64,000 bases of DNA from an uncultured Bacteroidota bacterium (GTDB lineage Bacteria > Bacteroidota > Bacteroidia > Chitinophagales > Chitinophagaceae): the NCBI GenBank assembly GCA_903853805.1, contig CAINUN010000103.1, positions 5,243 through 69,242 on the forward strand, read 5' to 3'. Each line of letters starts with the position of its first letter. Position 1 is the first letter of the stretch. A program made the translations under genes and the position numbers. This document shows, piece by piece, positions 1 through 9,102 of the stretch. The notes beneath the pieces were generated by a model. It saw only the letters and a program-made list of their open reading frames with translations. It was not told the origin of the DNA and ran no database searches.

Positions 1-480
1 CATTTTCAATTCAATGAAAATACGGGCAAATCGGAGATACACTTAAACGAAGAAAACGTGGAAAAATACATCCGCGATTTGTTGGTGGCAGAGAAAGTAA
101 GCGAAGTAGCCGCTATCAAAGAAGTGAGGACTTTTGCCGTTGCGCAACAGCAAGAAATGGGCAAGAAGAAAGGCATTGTGATGGATGGGCGCGACATAGG
201 AACTGTGGTGTTTCCTGATGCGGAGTTGAAGATATTTATGACTGCCGACCCTGCCATTCGAGTAAAGCGTAGGTTTGAGGAACTCTATGCCACCCACCCA
301 AGCGTGACGATTGACGAAGTGAAACACAACCTTGAACTCCGCGATTACATCGATAGCAACCGTGAAGAAAGTCCTTTAAGAAAAGCAGATGATGCACTCA
401 CTCTCGATAATTCTTCTCTTACCCGCGAAGAACAATTTGATATGGTGTTGAAATGGGTAAATGAAAAAACAAACCTTTGA
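1..480 (+). CDS. cmk: cytidylate kinase, 5'-truncated by the window edge
   Basis: Frame 1 is open from base 1, upstream of the listed Met at 58. The translation (GIVMDGRDIGTVVFPDAELKIFMTA...SPLRKADDALTLDNS) matches the conserved core and C-terminal part of bacterial Cmk as I remember the family. Confidence 0.85.
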   Translation, partial: HFQFNENTGKSEIHLNEENVEKYIRDLLVAEKVSEVAAIKEVRTFAVAQQQEMGKKKGIVMDGRDIGTVVFPDAELKIFMTADPAIRVKRRFEELYATHPSVTIDEVKHNLELRDYIDSNREESPLRKADDALTLDNSSLTREEQFDMVLKWVNEKTNL

Positions 481-494
481 ATTTTGGGCGTGCC

Positions 495-563
495 CCTACG
501 GGTCGGGCTGTCCATTACAAGTCCTCGCCTACGGCTGCGGGCTTTCCATTCCATCCCTCACGC
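495..563. repeat. two tandem ~34-bp G+C-rich REP-like units just downstream of cmk
   Basis: cctacgggtcgggctgtccattacaagtcctcg is followed directly by cctacggctgcgggctttccattccatccctcacg. The 'cctacgg' anchors sit at 495 and 528, and 'cgggctNtccatt' at 504 and 538. The composition is far more GC-rich than the surroundings. Confidence 0.5.
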
Positions 564-772
564 GGGCTTGAGGAATCCTATTCAGCTTATTGCTCAAAAA
601 CAGCAAATCTAAGCTCAAAAATTAATCAGCTTTTGTTTCCATCTCAAATGTTATGCGTTTGTTAATGTTTTTGTAATGGCAATTTTTAATTAGATTAGCT
701 TTTACTTTTCAGATTATATGTTTTAACTATTGCCTTTCTTTTTTGTTCTTTTTAACCTTAAAAGTGTTTTTC

Positions 773-3634
773 ATGAACATAGATTTGAATTCTCCGAATT
801 TTCTAATTATAAAAGATGCAGACGATCATCTTTTACAATTAATTCATTTATATGAACCATATATTCCAGAAGAAAACCCCTCAGATGCGACTGAATTAGC
901 TACTCAATATATGCAAGATGTAGCTGACGTTTATGAGAGTTCATCGCTTATTAACGATTTAAACAACACACCATCATTTGAGATTACTAAAAACTTTTCT
1001 GAATTAAGATTATTAAGTAATGTCGAAAAATTTTACAATAGTTATTTCTTCTATTCTCAAACATATTTTGGACTACCTATTTGGAACAAAGGAATGATTG
1101 TCGAAGTAATAACAGATAACATGGAAATCCGGCTATCTAAAAGTTCTGTTGATCATAATCATTTTAATATTACAGCACCCGAAGAAGGTGTAATAAATAA
1201 TTATAGCAATATTAATTCAGAAGAGTTAAGGTCATTATTGAATGTACCACAAGGTGTTGATATTATTATCAATGACTCAAGTTCAGTATGTATTTATCAA
1301 TACATACCAAACGATAGATTTATGGGTGAACTTCCTTATGGGGTTTCTCTATCGGGAGATTATAGTATTAACTCTGTTCCTGATGCTCATACTAATATTG
1401 AAGAAAATGAATATTATATTGTTCGACAAGTATTTTTTTCACTCGATTTTCATTGGCGTTGCTTAATAGAAATTAATTCGGGTTCAATCCTATTAATGGA
1501 GGTGTTTTGTTCTTGCGTTAATGGTGCAATAATGGATTTAGATCCTGTTACACAAGGAACCGCACCATCAACTTCTTTTAATGTTGATGTTGTAACTAAT
1601 AGCCAATTAAATCCATATGCCGTAAACGTAGCATTAAATAATCTTAATGCCCCAGACAGTAATGGTTATCAACATTTAAGGGGTCAGTATGCCAGAGTAA
1701 TTGATCCAGTTTTAGATGTTAATGACCCAATGTTAGTATATCCATTTCCTGGAAACCAACTTACGCCAGCTCCATTCCCACCAAAAGAACAATCGCCTTA
1801 TATTTTCAATTATGATGTTAGAACTGAAAAGTTTGCTGCTGTTAACAGTTATTATCATGTTGACCGTTTTTTATCATTAATGGTCGATTTAGGGCTTCAA
1901 TTAAAACCATCTTCACTATCTCAAGTTGCAATGCTTCCAAATACTGATTTACCAATCAGAGTAGATCACAGAGCTTTTGAATCATCACAAAACACTCCAA
2001 TAGGAGGTGGATGCGTTGGTAATTCAAGTAATACCATAGCTATTGGAATTGCCTTTGCTAAAATGACCTTAGCTGCTTTAACACAAACACCGCCACCACC
2101 AGAACCTGATTATTATGGTTGCGCATCTTCATATAGATTAATGCTCCACGAACTTTGTCATGTTATTTTGTTAGACCATATACATACACCTGGGTTTGTT
2201 GGATTTTGCCATAGTTTTGGTGATACCTTAGCAGCAATTTTAAATGACCCATATTCAGCTTATGCACCACCTTCAACTTCTAATAAGAGATTTGCTACCT
2301 ATGAATGGGACAATTCTGGAGTATCAAAAGGTTCCGACAGAAGACATGATAGAGATACACTAATGTATAGTGGATGGTATTGGGGAGGTAACAAAGATAA
2401 TGGCTCAATTAATTATAATGCAGAACAGTTATTGTCTACTACATTTTTTAATGCTTATCGAGCACTTGGAGGTGATTCTACAAATCCTGTACGTAGAGAA
2501 TCAGTTTCAAGAATGATTATTGCTACTATATTGAGAACTGTAAGATATTTAGTTAGTGCCCCCCCTCCTTTTTGGTTCTCTTTATCTCCAGTAAATGCAT
2601 CTGATTTTTGTAGTCAAATAATTTATAGGGAAAATAATCTGTTACCAAATGAACCGCCAATACAGGTAGACAATACAAGAATTGGTACTTCACACAAGGT
2701 AATTAGATGGGCTTTTGAGAATATGGCTGCATTTAATCCAGTTTCAAGCACTCCGCCTTCTTCATTTAGCCCACCGCCTAATGATATATATATTGATGAT
2801 GGAAGGAATGGAGAATATTCTTATTTAGATATTTTTTGGAATACTTCAGATATTATTAACAGACATCAAAATGATGGAATAACCAATTTTTATCATCAAA
2901 ATCCAATTGTAGGGTCAACTAATTACCTATTTGTTAAAGTAAAAAATAGGGGGGTAAATAATGCTGATAGCATAGAAGTAAAAGCTTATTTAAGCGCAGC
3001 AGGCGGTGGGAATATTTTCCCTAATGATTGGACTGAAATAAATGCATTGCCTGTTTCGGGTGGCTCTGGCCTTCAAACTGGACAGTCCTTAATTGTTGGA
3101 CCTATAACATGGGTTCCTCCTTCTTCTTCATTTATGAATCATTATTGTATCCTTGTAACTGTAAACTGTCTTGGAGATTTAAATAATATATGGTATCCTC
3201 TTAGCTCATTCCAAGGTAGTTTTTCAATTCCTGACTGGTATTTAATTCCAAATGATAACAATATTGCTCAACGTAACATGTCTCACATCCCATCTGAAGA
3301 AGGGTCGTTAGCCATTGCAGATACTATTGCAGCTTACCCTTTTTTATTGAGAAACCCATATACAGATAGTTTAAGGGTTAATTTAGAGGTTCGCTTACCG
3401 AATATTATGGTTCGAAATCACTGGGATATTGTTTTTGAAAATGGAAACGAATACATATTAGACGCATTCGATCGAGAGGGTATTTTAATTAACATGAGAA
3501 TTGTAGAAGGTACTTCTTTCTCAAAACAGGATATTATTGATGGAGGTGACTACGATATTATTGTTGTTATGCAATCTGAAAAAGGAATTATTGGTGGCAT
3601 GACTTACCGCCTAGATACTAACTTAGGAGGTTAA
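773..3634 (+). CDS. large hypothetical protein with a metzincin-spaced HExxHxxxxxH motif; putative zinc metallopeptidase with no recognisable signal peptide
   Basis: Long ORF. The listed start at 743 is a TTG, and the first ATG (MNIDLNS...) is at 773. The motif HELCHVILLDH is encoded at 2147-2179. The C-terminal part (DIYIDDGRNGEY...NYLFVKVKNRGVNNADSIEVKAYL...PNDWTEI) resembles beta-sandwich domains seen at the ends of secreted peptidases. The family assignment is tentative. Confidence 0.5.
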   Translation: MNIDLNSPNFLIIKDADDHLLQLIHLYEPYIPEENPSDATELATQYMQDVADVYESSSLINDLNNTPSFEITKNFSELRLLSNVEKFYNSYFFYSQTYFGLPIWNKGMIVEVITDNMEIRLSKSSVDHNHFNITAPEEGVINNYSNINSEELRSLLNVPQGVDIIINDSSSVCIYQYIPNDRFMGELPYGVSLSGDYSINSVPDAHTNIEENEYYIVRQVFFSLDFHWRCLIEINSGSILLMEVFCSCVNGAIMDLDPVTQGTAPSTSFNVDVVTNSQLNPYAVNVALNNLNAPDSNGYQHLRGQYARVIDPVLDVNDPMLVYPFPGNQLTPAPFPPKEQSPYIFNYDVRTEKFAAVNSYYHVDRFLSLMVDLGLQLKPSSLSQVAMLPNTDLPIRVDHRAFESSQNTPIGGGCVGNSSNTIAIGIAFAKMTLAALTQTPPPPEPDYYGCASSYRLMLHELCHVILLDHIHTPGFVGFCHSFGDTLAAILNDPYSAYAPPSTSNKRFATYEWDNSGVSKGSDRRHDRDTLMYSGWYWGGNKDNGSINYNAEQLLSTTFFNAYRALGGDSTNPVRRESVSRMIIATILRTVRYLVSAPPPFWFSLSPVNASDFCSQIIYRENNLLPNEPPIQVDNTRIGTSHKVIRWAFENMAAFNPVSSTPPSSFSPPPNDIYIDDGRNGEYSYLDIFWNTSDIINRHQNDGITNFYHQNPIVGSTNYLFVKVKNRGVNNADSIEVKAYLSAAGGGNIFPNDWTEINALPVSGGSGLQTGQSLIVGPITWVPPSSSFMNHYCILVTVNCLGDLNNIWYPLSSFQGSFSIPDWYLIPNDNNIAQRNMSHIPSEEGSLAIADTIAAYPFLLRNPYTDSLRVNLEVRLPNIMVRNHWDIVFENGNEYILDAFDREGILINMRIVEGTSFSKQDIIDGGDYDIIVVMQSEKGIIGGMTYRLDTNLGG

Positions 3635-3655
3635 TTACTTACTAATACCTTAATT

Positions 3656-5215
3656 ATGTTTCGATTAATTCTTGTCGTTACTATTTGCTTTTCTGTTAAC
3701 TCGAAAGCACAAATTGTTTTTCAGAAAGGTTTAATACATACTGCAGGTAATACAGTTGGTTCAGATATCCGTGCTATTAAAAAAACAAAAGATGGGGGTT
3801 ACATCTTTACACAGGCCTCCTGTGACAACCAACTGCCTTGCATTAATCTTACAAAGACAGACTATTTAGGAAATATTCTTTGGGAAAAAGACTATCAAAC
3901 AAGCACCTATTGCAACGTTTATAGTGTTGCACAAACACAAGACAGTAGTTTTGTACTTTGCGGCACTTATTGGAATAACAATAGCAATACAAGCGATGCA
4001 TTCATACTAAAAGTTGACAATAATGGTATAATAAAATGGTCTAAATCTTACGGAACACAAAACGGTAATGAGTTTTTATATCAAATAATTGAAAAGCCTG
4101 AGAAAGGATATTTATCTGTCGGTTCAAAAGCCGGTGGTGGAGTATTAAACAATGCAATTTATATTATCAGTATTGATAGTCTTGGTAATTTGCTTTGGTC
4201 TAAAACATACAATACCAATGGAGATGTTTGCGGCTACATATCTTCAGTGAAAAATGGCAATTATTTACTCAACGGAGCAAATGATAACAATAATATCTAC
4301 AGCGGTTTTTTAATGAACTTTGATATCAACGGGAATCCCAATTGGATAAAAAACTATCATACCAATATTACTGGTGCCTTCAATAATTATATTCCTACCA
4401 AAGACAACGGATTTATTTTATCTGGTGGTATTATCGATTCCACACAAGACAGAGATTTATACCTTCTAAAAATTGATAGCAATTACAACATACAGTGGTC
4501 AAAAAAGTACTCTTATGGAAAATACGATTATTTAGATAAGGTGATACAAACTACTGATGGAGGATTTATTATCCTTGCGAATACATTAATCTCTCCAACT
4601 AATAAAGAAATCGTACTCATAAAAACCAATGAAACAGGTCAAATACAATGGAGTAAACGTATTGGAAGAAATAGCGAAGATGAAGCAATATTAATAACTC
4701 AGTTAAGCGATTCAGGTTACCTTCTAATTGGTAAAACAACCGATAGTTTTAATACATACACATACCCTATTTTCATCAAAACAGATTTTCAATGTAATAC
4801 CTGTTTTTCAGATACTATTACTTTTACAGATGCAATAATCAATTCATTTGTCAGTTCATTTACCTTCAATATTTCTACAGGTTCTATACCTGATACAATT
4901 ACTTTCTCCGAAATCAATGCTTCAACTTTTGACACTACTCTTTGTTTTAGTTACATTAATTCAATTAATTTAGTTTATCCTAAAAACCAACTGTTCACAC
5001 TCTCTCCTAACCCCTTTAATGATGCATTCACAGCCACTTGCACCAACGCTAAAGGCAATTTAACCATTCTCGAAATTAACGGGAAAGTCATAAAAACTAT
5101 TTCTATCAATTCGCTTAACACCACTATCAACTTGAATGATTTTGTCCCAGGTTTCTACCTTATTCAATACAAAACCGACAACCAAACCATCACCCAAAAA
5201 ATCATTAAACAATAA
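3656..5215 (+). CDS. secreted beta-propeller-like repeat protein with a T9SS C-terminal sorting domain
   Basis: N-terminal signal peptide (MFRLILVVTICFSVNSKAQ). Repeated 'G(N)I.WSK.Y' blades. The C-terminus (LSPNPFNDAFT...GFYLIQYKTDNQTITQKIIKQ) is typical of T9SS CTDs. Confidence 0.75.
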   Translation: MFRLILVVTICFSVNSKAQIVFQKGLIHTAGNTVGSDIRAIKKTKDGGYIFTQASCDNQLPCINLTKTDYLGNILWEKDYQTSTYCNVYSVAQTQDSSFVLCGTYWNNNSNTSDAFILKVDNNGIIKWSKSYGTQNGNEFLYQIIEKPEKGYLSVGSKAGGGVLNNAIYIISIDSLGNLLWSKTYNTNGDVCGYISSVKNGNYLLNGANDNNNIYSGFLMNFDINGNPNWIKNYHTNITGAFNNYIPTKDNGFILSGGIIDSTQDRDLYLLKIDSNYNIQWSKKYSYGKYDYLDKVIQTTDGGFIILANTLISPTNKEIVLIKTNETGQIQWSKRIGRNSEDEAILITQLSDSGYLLIGKTTDSFNTYTYPIFIKTDFQCNTCFSDTITFTDAIINSFVSSFTFNISTGSIPDTITFSEINASTFDTTLCFSYINSINLVYPKNQLFTLSPNPFNDAFTATCTNAKGNLTILEINGKVIKTISINSLNTTINLNDFVPGFYLIQYKTDNQTITQKIIKQ

Positions 5216-5312
5216 CCCCATTGTGCGTTGATTGCATCTACACTCTCTAATTCCCTCATTTTCAGTACATAACTCATTTAAACAAAACAAAAACCATACT
5301 CGAAAACACTCT

Positions 5313-5370
5313 TGTCCGATAAAAACAAAGGGTTAGGCTTTTTTGCCTAACCCTTTGTTTTTATCGGACA
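5313..5370. terminator. 26-bp perfect inverted repeat with a TTTTTT loop; probable bidirectional intrinsic terminator
   Basis: The arm tgtccgataaaaacaaagggttaggc (5313-5338) and the arm gcctaaccctttgtttttatcggaca (5345-5370) are exact reverse complements. The inner GC-containing stem is flanked by an A-run and a T-run. Confidence 0.6.
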
Positions 5371-5588
5371 GCAGTGATCGAAAATATAATCTCCATAAAA
5401 TAAATTTGGAAGAAAAAAATGAAACACTTTTTACTAAAGTAAAACAACCTTCTTTAAACCAATTAAACATCAAAATTTTCTTTGAACTCTTTGTGAAAAC
5501 TTAGTGTACTTTGTGGTTAGTATTTTTAAAGAAAAACCTCGCACTCGCGAGGCTTTTTACTTTTTACTTTTTACTTTTTACTTTACTC

Positions 5589-7253
5589 ATGACCAATTAC
5601 GAAATAGCCGATTACTTTTCTCTGCTCTCCAAGCTCATGGATTTGCATGGCGAAAATGCTTTTAAAACCAAAACCTACAGCATTGCCGCCTATCATATCG
5701 AGCAACTCAAAGTACCGATTGAAGGCATGGACGATGCCGAGCTTTTTATGCAAAAAGGCATTGGCGAAAGCGTGGGTAAAAAGATTCGTGAAATAGAAAA
5801 CACTTGCAAACTCGACGCGTTGGAGGAAATTTTAGCGCGCACGCCCGCAGGAGTACTTGAAATCATGGACATCAAAGGGCTTGGTCCCAAAAAGGTGGCG
5901 GTGATTTGGAAAGAAATGGGCATTGAGTCGGTAGGAGAATTGGAGTATGCTTGCCACGAAAATCGCTTGGTGGAAGTGAAAGGTTTTGGCGCCAAAACAC
6001 AGCAAAGTGTGCTCGACAATATTGCCTTTCGCAAGAGCAACCAAGGCTTTCATTTGTGGGCAGAAGTAGAACATGTTGCTAATAACTTGGTAACCCGCTT
6101 GAAACAAATTTTCCCTGAAAACCTCTTCGCTATCTCTGGCGAATTTCGCAGACAGTGCGATGTGCTCGAAGCTATTGATGTGGTAACAGATATTGCCACC
6201 GAGCGATTGAAAAAACAGTTTGAAAACGTTGCCAACATAGCGTTTGAAGACAGCAGCGAAGGCTTGAACATTCATTTGCCTTTCAATCCGCTTTATCGCT
6301 TTATTGCTGTCAACAAAGAAAATTTTTACCAAAAATTATTCCTCACATCGGGCAGTGAAGATTTTATTAATGCCTTCAACGAGCAATTTGTTTTGCCTGA
6401 AATCATTGTCCAAGAAGAAGACATTTTTACCGCTAATAGACTCTCTTTCATTCATCCTGCAATGAGGGAAACAACGAGCATTCTTCAAAAAGTAAAAGAC
6501 GGTTATTCCCCCACCCTTATCACTCCCACCGACATCAAAGGCATCATTCACAGCCACTCTACTTATAGCGATGGCTCCGACACTTTGGAGGTGATGGCGC
6601 GCACCGCAAAGAAGCAGGGTTTTGAATATTTAGTCATCAGCGACCACTCACAAGCTGCCTATTATGCCAAAGGACTTTCTCCCGAAAAAATTGCAGCGCA
6701 ACACCAAGAAATAGATGCCCTCAACGAAAAATTAGCTCCGTTTAAAATCTTCAAAAGCATTGAAGCCGACATCTTAAACGATGGCAGCCTCGACTATAAC
6801 GACTCGGTGTTAAGCACTTTCGACCTTGTTATTGCATCGGTGCATAGCAACTTGAAAATGACGGAAGACAAAGCAATGGCACGCGTGATGGCGGCTATCG
6901 AAAATCCGTTTACCACTATCTTAGGGCACCCCACAGGGCGATTATTATTGTCGCGACCGGGTTATCCGCTCGATCACAAAACCATTATTGATGCTTGCTC
7001 AAAACAAAAGGTAGTCATTGAAATCAATGCGCACCCCAAGCGCCTCGACCTCGATTGGCGTTGGATAGCATACGCCCTCGAACAAGAAGTGCTGTTGTCT
7101 ATCAATCCCGATGCACATGCTATTGCCGGATTTCATGATGTGTATTATGGCGTAATGGCTGCGCAAAAAGGCGGGCTGACTGCCGAGATGAACTTAAGCA
7201 GTTTTGGAGTGAAGGAGATGGAAGCGTTTTTGAAGAAGAATTCTAATTGTTAA
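5589..7253 (+). CDS. PolX-family protein (helix-hairpin-helix N-terminal region plus C-terminal PHP phosphoesterase domain)
   Basis: MTNYEIADYFSLLSKLMDLHGENAFKTKTYSIAAY plus GIGESVGKKI and GLGPKK HhH motifs, and the PHP signature GIIHSHSTYSDG. The start is moved to the ATG at 5589 because the listed 5511 extension runs through a terminator-like hairpin and a heptamer repeat. Confidence 0.8.
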   Translation: MTNYEIADYFSLLSKLMDLHGENAFKTKTYSIAAYHIEQLKVPIEGMDDAELFMQKGIGESVGKKIREIENTCKLDALEEILARTPAGVLEIMDIKGLGPKKVAVIWKEMGIESVGELEYACHENRLVEVKGFGAKTQQSVLDNIAFRKSNQGFHLWAEVEHVANNLVTRLKQIFPENLFAISGEFRRQCDVLEAIDVVTDIATERLKKQFENVANIAFEDSSEGLNIHLPFNPLYRFIAVNKENFYQKLFLTSGSEDFINAFNEQFVLPEIIVQEEDIFTANRLSFIHPAMRETTSILQKVKDGYSPTLITPTDIKGIIHSHSTYSDGSDTLEVMARTAKKQGFEYLVISDHSQAAYYAKGLSPEKIAAQHQEIDALNEKLAPFKIFKSIEADILNDGSLDYNDSVLSTFDLVIASVHSNLKMTEDKAMARVMAAIENPFTTILGHPTGRLLLSRPGYPLDHKTIIDACSKQKVVIEINAHPKRLDLDWRWIAYALEQEVLLSINPDAHAIAGFHDVYYGVMAAQKGGLTAEMNLSSFGVKEMEAFLKKNSNC

Positions 7254-7340
7254 ACCCTATCAAATCAAGGAGACTACTATAAAACACCGTTTACTAAGCA
7301 TTGAACACTTAGTGGTTATCATACCTACAATTTAATTCAT

Positions 7341-9020
7341 TTATCCCAAATACTTGCCCACAATCGGCATCCTCCTACCCACACCAAATGCTTTGGGCGA
7401 AATGCGAATGATGGGGCAAAACTGATTTCGTTTATATTCATTGGTATTCACCAACTTGAGGATACGATGAACGAGCGAATGGTCGAAGCCATGTGATATG
7501 ATTTCTTTGGGTCCTTGTCGACGTTCAATGTATTGATAAAGAATTGGGTCGAGGATGTTGTATTCAGGTAAACTATCGCTGTCTTTTTGGTCAGGGCGAA
7601 GTTCGGCACTTGGTGCTTTGGTGATGATGTTAATGGGAATGATTTCTTGATTTCGATTGATGAAACTTGCAATCGCATACACTTGCATTTTATAACAATC
7701 TCCCAACACACCAAGTCCACCAGCCATATCTCCATAAAGCGTTCCGTAACCGGTTGCGAGTTCGCTTTTGTTAGAAGTATTTAAAAGTATAGAGCCAAAC
7801 TTATTACTCAAAGCCATTACCATTGCCCCACGAATTCTTGATTGAAGATTTTCTTCAGCAACATTAAATGGCAACCCATCGAACACCTCTTTTAAAGATT
7901 GATTATAACTGTCAAAAACTTTTCCAATAGGAATGATGTCGTATTGATTATTTAAGTTTTGAGAAAGTTGAATTGCATCATTCACTGAATGGTCACTACT
8001 GAACTGAGAAGGCAACAACAATGCACGCACATTTTCGGCACCTAATGCCTCGCATGCCAAAGCAAGGACAACGGCACTATCAATCCCTCCAGATGAAGCC
8101 ACAATAGCATTTGTGAAATTCATTTTGGAAAAATAATCGCGTATGCCAAGGATAAGCGCCGCATGCACTTTTTCAATTTCCTTCTGTGGCATGAAGGCAA
8201 TTGGAATTTCTTCTTTATTACCTGTTATTTTATATACATTATTTCCTTTTTCAAAACTACCATCCTCATTCCAAACAACCTCTTTCATACCTTCTGAGAA
8301 ATAAGGCAACTCTACAACTATTTCTTGCTCTTTATTCATTACCAAAGAACCTCCATCAAATACTATTTCAGTTTGTGACCCAATGGTGTTGCAATAAATC
8401 ATAGGCAGATTGTAAGCCCCAACATTGCGTGCAATAATTTGTTTGCGGTTGTCACCATGAAGATAGTCATAGGGTGATGCACTCACATTAATCATGATGT
8501 CGGGCTGCTGCTTCATAAGCTCGTTCATCGGACAAATTCTATACAGTGGATTGTCGGCAATATTCCAAATGTCTTCACAAATAGTGATAGCAAATTTCTT
8601 GCCTTTAAAAGTCAAGATATTCCATTCATTAGCAGGCTCGAAATAGCGATACTCATCAAAAATATCGTAGGTTGGCAATAAGGTTTTGTGAGCAATGCCT
8701 TTTATTTCATTTTCGAAAAGAAAATAAGCGCTGTTGAACAAATCTTTTCCTTCGGGTTTAGGATTGCGAGAAGGCGCACCTACAATAACGCCAATGGTAT
8801 CCGTTTCTGCTTTAATTTTCTCTATAGAAGAAAGACTTTGTTCAATAAAATCATTGAACTCTAAAAAATCTCTTGGAGGATAACCACACACGGCCAACTC
8901 GGAAAAAACGATGAGGTCTGCCCCACTCTTTTTAGCTTCTCTAATGGCTTCAATGATTTTATTGGTATTGGCTTCAAAGTTGCCGATATGATAGTTCTGT
9001 TGTGCTAAAGTTATGTTCAT
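7341..9020 (-). CDS. nadE: glutamine-dependent NAD+ synthetase
   Basis: N-terminal CN-hydrolase domain (LIVFSELAVCGYPPRD) fused to a C-terminal NAD synthetase domain with the SGGIDS PP-loop. Confidence 0.9.
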   Translation of the reverse strand: MNITLAQQNYHIGNFEANTNKIIEAIREAKKSGADLIVFSELAVCGYPPRDFLEFNDFIEQSLSSIEKIKAETDTIGVIVGAPSRNPKPEGKDLFNSAYFLFENEIKGIAHKTLLPTYDIFDEYRYFEPANEWNILTFKGKKFAITICEDIWNIADNPLYRICPMNELMKQQPDIMINVSASPYDYLHGDNRKQIIARNVGAYNLPMIYCNTIGSQTEIVFDGGSLVMNKEQEIVVELPYFSEGMKEVVWNEDGSFEKGNNVYKITGNKEEIPIAFMPQKEIEKVHAALILGIRDYFSKMNFTNAIVASSGGIDSAVVLALACEALGAENVRALLLPSQFSSDHSVNDAIQLSQNLNNQYDIIPIGKVFDSYNQSLKEVFDGLPFNVAEENLQSRIRGAMVMALSNKFGSILLNTSNKSELATGYGTLYGDMAGGLGVLGDCYKMQVYAIASFINRNQEIIPINIITKAPSAELRPDQKDSDSLPEYNILDPILYQYIERRQGPKEIISHGFDHSLVHRILKLVNTNEYKRNQFCPIIRISPKAFGVGRRMPIVGKYLG

Positions 9021-9040
9021 TAAATAAAAGTCTTATCAGA

Positions 9041-9076
9041 ATAAAAATGCCCGAACAAAATTAAGTGTACGGGCAT
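9041..9076 (-). terminator. intrinsic terminator after the outer-membrane protein gene
   Basis: Stem atgcccg (9047-9053) pairs with cgggcat (9070-9076). On the minus strand it is followed by a T-run. Confidence 0.5.
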
Positions 9077-9102
9077 TGGAATGCGTAGATATTATTTGAG
9101 TT

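Noticed and set aside
743-772. N-terminal extensions from non-ATG or upstream starts on the ORF track (743, 5511, 21157, 39620, 51734, 55836, 57936)
   Set aside because: In each case a downstream ATG gives a canonical N-terminus (signal peptide, lipobox or family start). The extension either begins with TTG or crosses a terminator, a repeat or the preceding gene.
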